Of a stretch of 64,000 nt of DNA, positions 56,606 to 64,000 are shown in pieces. This DNA is from a virus (Duplodnaviria; Caudoviricetes), in IMG/VR virus record IMGVR_UViG_649633002_000001, positions 5,191 to 69,190 of that record, one strand, 5' to 3'. Below the pieces are notes generated by a model. The model was not told the origin of the DNA. It made no database searches and worked only from the letters and a program-made list of their open reading frames with translations. Numbering within the stretch: the stretch's first letter is position 1; the number at the start of each line of letters is the position of its first letter. The position numbers and the translations under genes were made by a program.

Positions 56606-58666
56606 CTAGCAATTCGCCAAGATGAAATCAACGACCATCGGACCATACCGTTCGGCGTAGGCCGCGATTGTCCAATGCACCGAATCCTGCGTCATTGAGG
56701 TCAGGGTCTGTTCATTCAACCCATACTTTTTGTACATGCTCAAGAACGGAATGCCGAGGGCAGCACATTGTGTCTCAAGGCAAGTGTCGATGAGCAAGTT
56801 ATCCGCACGACCACCATTGCTTGTGTATGGGTTGCCGACCACAAGGAGACGCATCGTAGGATTCGCGCTTGACAGCACGGTCAATGCGTTCTGCACGTAT
56901 CCATACTGCGTGACGCTCGTTAGCGTGTCGCCGAAGTTGCCAAGCGTTAGGGCTCCGCTCGCTAATGCACCGGCATCATTCGGACCAAGAACGACAAGCA
57001 AAACATCGAGTCCGGCAACCGTCTGTGCCAGCGTATTGCCCGCAGTACAGCCGAAGGTAATCTCCTGAGCATTGCTGATACCGCTGGTGTCACACGCGCC
57101 ACTGCCATTACCGCCGCCATAGTGGGAGAAGATTCCGTGAATAGCTCCGGCGGTTCCGGTGTTGGGATCAGCCGTAGCGACTCCATACGCACGGCCTGAG
57201 ATGCCGTCTTGAAAGACTTGAGTCATCCCGGTGCGCTGCGTGACGGCGGTCTGCCAAGTTGAAAGTAGGCTGGCTCTGCCGGTGCAGCTGTCGCCGAACA
57301 CGCCCCACTTTTTCCCGTTCATGCCGCTCTGGGTAAACAATTCCTGCGCTGCGGACTTCGTGAGATAACCGGCTGAAACATAGCCAGACGGCAAAGTGCC
57401 GCCCAACACAATGACCACACTCGCGGGGTCGTATGTACCGGAGTCAAACTGCACCGCCGCATAATACGCGCCCGCAGGAATGGGTATTGCGGTGTTGGCT
57501 GGCAGGTTGCTCTGCGCTCAATTGGGAATGTAAGTCTTAGTGAAATCGAAGAAGGCAGCCCCATAGCCGTTCGCTGGACCGCTTCCTGGGAACTGAGTGT
57601 TGCTTATCATCTGCGTTGATCCGAAGACTGGGAACAAAGCTGATGTACGGAAGTTTCCAACCGTGGTATCCAGCACCCCATACTTGAGAGCACCGACCTG
57701 CACCGTATCCACGTTGAACAGATTGAGTTGCTGCATGCCAAAGTCGCGGACAAGCTGGAGGGCTTCCGTAACGGAGTTGTTGCCCACAGAGGCCAACAGG
57801 TCTGTGGTGGCGAAGTTGAAGTCCACGTAAGCAAGCTGGGTCGTGCCAGCGGCCATCATGAAGGAATTCAGATCATTTGGTGTAGCTCCAGCCCCGTTGC
57901 CCTGATCGTAGAGAAGCAAGTGAACATAGGCCGCACCCGTCGGAGGGGTGATGGTTGTACCGGCAGGCGTGATCGCCTGGATCATTGAACTGGGGATATA
58001 GGTTTGCGTCACGTCCAAAAAGACACTGCCGTAGCCAGCCTGCCCATACAGCGGTTGATTGCAGGTGAAGGGTCCATTGATAGGGATGCTTTCAACGATG
58101 CCAGAACCACTGATGGTGATTATCTCCATTGTGGCCCGCTGTCTAAAGTTCGGGGCGCAAGTGAATCTACAAAGCGCGATTTGTCAAACAGATTTCGGCC
58201 GGCATTGAGTGTGTTCGCAATGCTCGTTCCCACAGTAGAGCCCAGCTGCTGAAAGGTAGTCTGCCCAGGCACGCCCTGAATCCCTTGAAGACCAGGTAAC
58301 GCCGTCAGATTGGGCAGAAGGTTTGGAGAAAAGCTGTGAAAGTTATCCGACTGCCCCGTGGGCTGGTAGCACTCGAAACCAGGACCAAGCAATTGATCAC
58401 CAGTGTTGTAAGCAATTACTGTAACTGCATAGCCAACGTTGATTGGGTATGTCAGGACTGAATCAGCCAAGATGCAGCTAAACGCACCGTTGATGACCTG
58501 GGCTTGAACTGGTCGAGAGCTTACCTGCCCTACCTGCGCGGAATGACAGGATGTTGCCATTATTGTCTACAGGCTGAAAATAAATTGTGGCTCTTTGGAT
58601 CAACGTTCCTGTTGAATCCTGTAGAGCAGCGGATGAAACGGTTGTGAATCCTGTCGGTGCGCTCAT
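56606..58666 (-). pseudogene. Decayed tail fibre with SGNH esterase tip, homologous to 13431-16266
   Basis: N-terminus PTGFTTVSSAALQDSTGT..VINGAFSCILADSVLTYPINVGYAVTV matches the first fibre; RNLFDK/LNLFN repeats; GDSCT, GPND, DSVHW; frameshifts ~58540 and ~58130 plus in-frame TGA 57518-57520. Confidence 0.85.
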
Positions 58667-58789
58667 TTATTGCCTTTTGACGCGATTACGCGCGAATACC
58701 CGCCGAATCGACTACACAAACTAAAAGGCCCTCCGGTGGATTGGAAGGCGCTTCGTTTTGCATCTCAGATTCAGGTTCTTGTTTAGTTG

Positions 58790-61700
58790 TTATTTTCCGG
58801 AAGCCGGACGTCTAGCCCTTGATTCGTTCTGTGCCTTAACCGAGCCGGCTGCAATCGTAGGGGCATACTGTTTCATTGCCCTGTGAATAGCAGCTTCAGT
58901 CTGCGAAGGATCGTTCGAGCCTCTCGCGTCGATGCTGATCATGTTGCCACCAGTACCCAGCTTGTTATTCGGAGTGATCTTGCCATTGACACTAGGGGTA
59001 AAGGTCTCTCGACCCATCTCTCCTACGTCATAGCTCATACCGGCTTGCACATCACCACCAAGGGCGCGATGTCCACCGAATAGAGAGCCGAGACCAGAGA
59101 GGAAACCGCCACCAGGGATGAGCCCGAGGAGGCTGCTTGCTGCCCCACCAAGCCATGAACCGGAGGACTTGCCGAGGCCAGCAGCCGAGCTTACAGCGGA
59201 ACTCACTGCGCTCGTTGCAGACTTGCCACCAGCGAGGCCAATCAGAACGTCGAGACGTTGATTGGTGCCGTTGATAGCTCCTACGGTGGGGTCAGCCTTG
59301 CTGCCTATGCCGAGGCTCTTCATGAGGCCACCAGCGAGGCCCGATTCAAGGTTCTTCAGACCTAGAGAAGCCAAGCTGGAGGAGATACCTTTGAGCATCT
59401 CTCCGAAGTCTTGCTTGACCGCACGGGTGAATTCGTAAAACGTTCGGGTGTGTGTGGTGACGATCTTTTCAAGAGTGCCGTTCAATCCTTCAAACGCACC
59501 TCCGAGGAGATCGTGAACCTGTTGGGCAGATGATTCTGTGCCACGGGCCATCTGCTCAAAGAAGACCGAGAACCCATCAGACATGCCACCGACCGCAAGG
59601 TTTACCTTTTCGATAGAGGCGATGTACTGATCAAGGTTCGCCTTGTTGGCTGCCTTCAACTGCATCTCATTGATGGCCTGCCCCGCATCCCTAGCAGCCG
59701 AGGCGGCATTCTGCAGACTTTGGGCTTCATCGTTGTACAACCTTGCAGCATCCATGCCAGCAGCGCGGGTGAGGTCTGCCTCTTTGTTCTTCGCATTGAA
59801 CAGCTTTTCGTTTGCAGCCAGTTCGGCATCACGGGCTGCATCGTTGTGATCACCACGTCCGTTGTAAGCGTTGACGATGGCCGCCTGCTCACTTGCAAGA
59901 CGCGCTTGGTTGGTCGCGTCTCTACCTGCGAGGATGGCAGCATTGATCAGCTTCTGAACGCTCAACTGTTGTGTGAGGCCGTCCAGGGCAGATGCATCCG
60001 TGTGTGTGTTAGCAGCCGACAACTCAGACAAGCGTGCTGCCTTCTGTTGATCGAGGAGAGCTTTGTTGTTCTTGATCCACTGGGGACTCTGGTTGGCATT
60101 GTTAAGAGTGGACTCGGAATCTACTTGAGCCTGTGCAACAGCCTGCGCCCCCTGCCCTACAGCAGCCGTGAGAATGCGATGAGCTTCAACCTGTGCCAGG
60201 ATCATGCGGGTGGACTGAACGAGATCACTCCGATACTTCGCTTGGGATTCGCTGTTGATCCGAGTGGCTGTATCAGCAATGATCTCTGCCTTCTGCCCCA
60301 CGGTAAGCGCCTTGCCCTTTGCCTTTAGCGCAATGTTCAGTTCATCAATGGTCTTCTTCGACTCCTTCGCAGCTTCGTCAGCCCGCTCGAAATCCACTCC
60401 TTTTCCGGCGTCGGCCAAAGACTGTCTAGCAGCGGCTGCAGCATCGCGCAATTCCATTAGCTTCTTTGCTACGATGTCCACACGTTCGGCTGCCTCCTTG
60501 GGGATCGGGGGAGCATTGAGCTTCGGAGTGACAGGAACCGGGGCCGCTGGTTTCGCAGCAACCAGACGAGTGTTCGCTTCCATGTGTACTCGTTCACCAA
60601 ACGTGGGATCTTCACCCCACTGGCTCAAAGCCGCGTTACGCTTCGACTCATCGAACGTAAACAGAATCGTCTTCAGTTCCTCCATACGGTCTTTAGTTTG
60701 GTCGATTGCAGCTTTCCAGTAGTCAGCAAAGGTAACGGCAGCATCGCTCAGTTTGGCAGAGGCAGCTACATCGTCCGTGAGTGCCTTCTGAAAGACATAC
60801 GCGCCTGCTGTGAGCAACCCGAGGGCAACTATGCCAGGATTAGCCAGCATTGAGGCCGTGAGGCTCTTCCAGGCCGTGCTGAGTGCATAGGTAGCAGCTA
60901 CTGCTGTCCCTTCCTCCTGTGCCAACGTGCGGAACATGAAGGCTTGCACTTGAACCGCACTCGTCACCGAACTTATTAGGGGCAATACCTGCGATACTCC
61001 CGATAGCCTTCCGATCATCTTCACTGCAGCGAGGCCGACGGTGTCTAGCCCTGTTCCCGCCTTGGCGGCACCTGCAACGAGCGGTACTAATATGGAACCA
61101 ATTTGAAGTGCGGAAATGCCTTCAAAGGCGACCTTGACTGCCGTGGTGTGTTGACTGAGGAAGAAAAAGGCATCCCCAAGATCCCTGATGACAGTAGCCA
61201 CGTTTGAGGCAATGGCGCTTACAGTCTGCATCCCATCAGCACTCGTTGCCACTTTCACCAGCTTGGCTGAAACATCCTGCAGGGCAGGTGAAACACCAGA
61301 CAGCAGACGTAGAGAGAAACCCAAGGCAATTGACTCAAGCTCAGTCATCGACTGATGAAGCTTCACTGCCTGTGCTGCAGTTTTATCCCCGATGACCACG
61401 CCGAACAGAGTGGCTTTGGCAGAGGCAGTATCGAAGCCGGTTGCAAGTTGTGAGAGCAGAGGGGCGAGTTCTGCCCCACTTCTACCGAGGATTTTCTGGG
61501 TCAAAGCTGTCTTGTTGGCGCTGTCACCGAACTGGTTGAGGCTCTTTGCAGAGGCAACCAGCAAGTCCCCACTGTTTTTTAGGGGGCCGTTCAGGTCTTT
61601 GACAGAGATCCCGAGTGCACCGTATGCCGCGATTGCTTCCTTGTTACCACTCTGTGCTGCCCCCGAGGTCCGTGCAAGCCTTTCGAGAGATCCTTTTAGA

Positions 61701-62008
61701 GTATCGAGAGGGATTCCAACTTGCTTTGCAGAGTATGCAAGTTTAGAGAACATTTCAGTCGTGGTGCCTGTCTGCTGCGCCATTTTGGAGACGGTGAACG
61801 CAAAATCTTCACCTTTTGCTATGGCTGTGGTCAGGGAGGCAACGATGGTTGCTGCCATGCCTGCAGCCGCTGTTCCTACCAGTTTAAATGAACGCTCGAT
61901 ATTTTTGCCCGTTGTTGCGGACAACTGACCCATTTTTGTCATGCCAGCGGAGAATGAGGCCGTGTTGGCCAAAAGATCTACGCTGATGACTCCGATTTTA
62001 ACTGCGAT
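58790..62008 (-). CDS. Second tail tape measure protein (~1070 aa), start codon atypical
   Basis: Ala-rich helical; C-terminal RALGG...VGEMGRE...ITPNNKL...IDARGSNDP similar to the first TMP; natural N-terminus begins at ATC 62008 (track start TTG 61972). Confidence 0.88.
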   Translation of the reverse strand: MAVKIGVISVDLLANTASFSAGMTKMGQLSATTGKNIERSFKLVGTAAAGMAATIVASLTTAIAKGEDFAFTVSKMAQQTGTTTEMFSKLAYSAKQVGIPLDTLKGSLERLARTSGAAQSGNKEAIAAYGALGISVKDLNGPLKNSGDLLVASAKSLNQFGDSANKTALTQKILGRSGAELAPLLSQLATGFDTASAKATLFGVVIGDKTAAQAVKLHQSMTELESIALGFSLRLLSGVSPALQDVSAKLVKVATSADGMQTVSAIASNVATVIRDLGDAFFFLSQHTTAVKVAFEGISALQIGSILVPLVAGAAKAGTGLDTVGLAAVKMIGRLSGVSQVLPLISSVTSAVQVQAFMFRTLAQEEGTAVAATYALSTAWKSLTASMLANPGIVALGLLTAGAYVFQKALTDDVAASAKLSDAAVTFADYWKAAIDQTKDRMEELKTILFTFDESKRNAALSQWGEDPTFGERVHMEANTRLVAAKPAAPVPVTPKLNAPPIPKEAAERVDIVAKKLMELRDAAAAARQSLADAGKGVDFERADEAAKESKKTIDELNIALKAKGKALTVGQKAEIIADTATRINSESQAKYRSDLVQSTRMILAQVEAHRILTAAVGQGAQAVAQAQVDSESTLNNANQSPQWIKNNKALLDQQKAARLSELSAANTHTDASALDGLTQQLSVQKLINAAILAGRDATNQARLASEQAAIVNAYNGRGDHNDAARDAELAANEKLFNAKNKEADLTRAAGMDAARLYNDEAQSLQNAASAARDAGQAINEMQLKAANKANLDQYIASIEKVNLAVGGMSDGFSVFFEQMARGTESSAQQVHDLLGGAFEGLNGTLEKIVTTHTRTFYEFTRAVKQDFGEMLKGISSSLASLGLKNLESGLAGGLMKSLGIGSKADPTVGAINGTNQRLDVLIGLAGGKSATSAVSSAVSSAAGLGKSSGSWLGGAASSLLGLIPGGGFLSGLGSLFGGHRALGGDVQAGMSYDVGEMGRETFTPSVNGKITPNNKLGTGGNMISIDARGSNDPSQTEAAIHRAMKQYAPTIAAGSVKAQNESRARRPASGK

Positions 62009-62333
62009 TATGTGCCTGCTTTCAGGGCAGGGGCCATCAGCCAGATTGCACAGTATGCAAAAAGGGTTGATCGCTACGCCTGCAGATTTCTATTGAATTG
62101 CTTGCAAATAGGGCTTAAACTCACCTAAACGCATTGATATTGCGTCCAAACTCACCCCAAAGCTCAGACACAGAATCATCACCTGCACACTATGCAAGGG
62201 TGATGGGACCAACAAGGTCAAATTTTTCGTTACGGGGACATCGAAATTTTATTTGTCAGTTGGTCGTCAACCCGGTTCATCTCCCGGAACCTTGATACCC
62301 CCTGCCTCACGCGCACCCCTGGGCCAAAATGTG

Positions 62334-63020
62334 TCAAACGTCCGATGATTCGTCCAGATCGGCCGGCGGCACAGGGTGCGAGTCCTCTTGGTCTGGTCTT
62401 TCGAAGGTAGCCTGAGCCTCCCGAAAATATCGTCGAGTCTCTTCTCCTCGTTTAAATGCCTCGCCCGGTCGAAAGTGGATGCTCCCCCAGCGCTGGAGCG
62501 TGACAAGTTCGGCGGCATCAATCGGCAGAAGGACCCACGTCACATCGAATCGGTTTAGCTCCATCCAGAGTCGTGTAGCGAGACCCTCGGGTACATCGTT
62601 GAAGGTCATCTCACAGAGAGCAAGACCGGCATCTGCGAGTCGCTGGCTACTGGTCCGTATCGAGATCGGCAAGTCTTTGGGGTCGGGACGAGTACCAGGA
62701 AGGAACGTAGGGTTCTCATACAGCTTGAGGGCTGCTCGATAGTTCCGTTGGATCTTGAGCAGGTGAGCAGCGCGACGTGGGGTGAGGAAACCCAATGCTG
62801 TTGCGACTGCCTCTAGCAGGCCGTCATCGGGGCCGACGGTGCATGCCTTGCAATAGCGATGCGCGTCCACGGCAGGGCCAGTCAAGGAGTACGAGAGCAA
62901 CGTCGGTGAGCTGGTTACGCTGATGATGACAGGCATTGGTTCATACGGTTTGGGCGCAACGTAGCATAGCCTGTTGGGGCTTATACGTGCGTCGGTCAGT
63001 GTTGCTGTTTCAGTGGGCAA
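62334..63020 (-). CDS. Hypothetical protein, possible degenerate RNase H-like fold
   Basis: LLEAVATALGFL...ISIRTSSQRL...LWMELNRFDVTWVLLP pattern. Confidence 0.5.
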   Translation of the reverse strand: MPTETATLTDARISPNRLCYVAPKPYEPMPVIISVTSSPTLLSYSLTGPAVDAHRYCKACTVGPDDGLLEAVATALGFLTPRRAAHLLKIQRNYRAALKLYENPTFLPGTRPDPKDLPISIRTSSQRLADAGLALCEMTFNDVPEGLATRLWMELNRFDVTWVLLPIDAAELVTLQRWGSIHFRPGEAFKRGEETRRYFREAQATFERPDQEDSHPVPPADLDESSDV

Positions 63021-63131
63021 ATGGAATCTCTTTCAGAAGTCGGGCAGGCAGAAATAAGTTCTGCCCCGTGCCGGCTGGTTGACCGGGCATGGGGCAGGAT
63101 GGAAGGTCGGAATGTGTAAACGGATTAAGCT

Positions 63132-63653
63132 CTAGCCGACGCTTACTTTGTAGTTGGGCGCGTACCGAATGGGCGGCGGCTCTGGTGCTGCCGCTGGGGT
63201 TAGCTTTGCTGGCGTGTAACCAACTTCGCCCTCAAGCTCTCCTAAAATGAAGGGCGTGGAGTTCCAGCCATAGAAGGTTCGCAGGTTGCCACTCTCACCC
63301 GGACTTGAGATGAATTTGAGCTCGAAACCTGTGCTGAGACGATGAAAGTCTGCCCACAGTGCATCGTCGTCACCATGCAGAAGGCTCTTACGAGAGCTGT
63401 GCTCGCGGATCTCCCTGGCAATGGCTTCGTTGGGAATGCACACATCGATCGAGTAGCCGTTGCCATTTCCGAAGGTGTCACGCAGATGACTTAAACCCTG
63501 GATAGTGGCTGCGAGAAACCCGCGTAGCAAACTAGATTTTTCTTCTATGCCCATTTTGAGTGGGGGTGTGCAAGTGCGTCCTGAGAGCGACGTGAAGAAT
63601 GCGGTGTTTGTAGAATCGAGTACGGCAGTAGTGTTGATAAACAGATAACTCAT
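63132..63653 (-). CDS. Hypothetical protein, possible degenerate RNase H-like fold
   Basis: GGAAGG RBS; LAATIQGLSHL...IDVCIPNEAI...DALWADFHRL...ELKFISSPGE. Confidence 0.6.
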   Translation of the reverse strand: MSYLFINTTAVLDSTNTAFFTSLSGRTCTPPLKMGIEEKSSLLRGFLAATIQGLSHLRDTFGNGNGYSIDVCIPNEAIAREIREHSSRKSLLHGDDDALWADFHRLSTGFELKFISSPGESGNLRTFYGWNSTPFILGELEGEVGYTPAKLTPAAAPEPPPIRYAPNYKVSVG

Positions 63654-63742
63654 GCGTGATGCTTCCTTCCCATTACTGGGGGTGGACTAGGTTGTTGTTT
63701 CTTTGGGGTGGATGCAGTGAATCTGCAGCGTGTCTAGTCGGA

Positions 63743-64000
63743 TTAGCCTGCGTTCATCATCTGGACTTTGAGCCTGGTTTTCTCGCTTTCAAGGGCAATT
63801 ACACGCTTGCGCAGCGTGGCTATCGCCGGGTCGGGGGCTACAGCGGACGACCTGACAGCCAGTTTCCCCGTACGGATTTCTTTCAGGACATCTCCCGTAA
63901 GTGTCTTGTGGCCACGCCGTGCTGCCTCTGAGAACTCGGTTGTTGTGGGTGGTTTGATCTTGCGGGTGGAACTAGCTGATGCGTGTTCTAGCTTGGGCAT
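63743..64000 (-). CDS. Small coiled-coil hypothetical protein (may extend beyond window)
   Basis: ORF reaches the window edge; TLRKRVIALESEKTRLK heptads. Confidence 0.45.
   Translation of the reverse strand: MPKLEHASASSTRKIKPPTTTEFSEAARRGHKTLTGDVLKEIRTGKLAVRSSAVAPDPAIATLRKRVIALESEKTRLKVQMMNAG

Larger units (their letters stand above)
32353..64000. mobile_element. Second integrative element or decayed prophage/satellite with accessory cargo; right end outside window
   Basis: Begins at the non-tRNA side of the tRNA fragment; no housekeeping genes; IS elements, recombinases, second tape measure and fibre. Confidence 0.6.

Noticed and set aside
57518-57520. Selenocysteine or recoded TGA in the second fibre
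   Set aside because: The same gene has two frameshifts and TGA is a normal stop elsewhere in the window; a nonsense mutation is simpler
1-64000. CRISPR array or cas genes
   Set aside because: No regularly spaced 23-47 bp repeats or Cas motifs seen

Overview
The window looks like a tandem integration hotspot at a tRNA-Leu(UAA) gene. The host is probably an Acidobacteriota genome, inferred from protein style and promoter motifs but not confirmed. The left half (1-32352) is the late region and right end of an HK97-like temperate siphophage. It runs HNH, terS, terL, portal, protease, capsid, neck, tail tube, tail chaperones with a clean -1 frameshift site, a free-standing GIY-YIG endonuclease, tape measure, an SGNH-tipped repeat fibre (frameshifted), tail tip genes and a GH24 lysozyme. 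Next comes a cargo cassette: an unannotated 30-aa hydrophobic peptide, a ~2430-aa Rhs toxin, and a small membrane protein likely to be its immunity. The Rhs has four phage-type carbohydrate-binding-like repeats inserted in the YD shell and an L,D-transpeptidase-type C-terminal domain. The prophage ends with a tyrosine integrase and the 3' half of tRNA-Leu(UAA), which is the att core. The right half (32353-64000+) is a second, mosaic element. It carries a HEPN-motif gene at the att junction, a lipase, a lectin-like gene, a two-gene RIT-like recombinase pair, an EAL protein, IS5, IS30 and an LPXTG protein with its sortase. It also has duplicated Csp, KhpA and Zn-binding small genes, and a Crp regulator. 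At the far right is a second tape measure gene plus a decayed fibre homologous to the left prophage's fibre, with no other virion genes nearby and two degenerate RNase H-like ORFs upstream. The best candidates for undescribed biology are the prophage-borne Rhs-CBM-LDT toxin/immunity module and a possible tail-hijacking satellite next to its helper phage. All product calls come from motif recognition by eye; no database searches were run.
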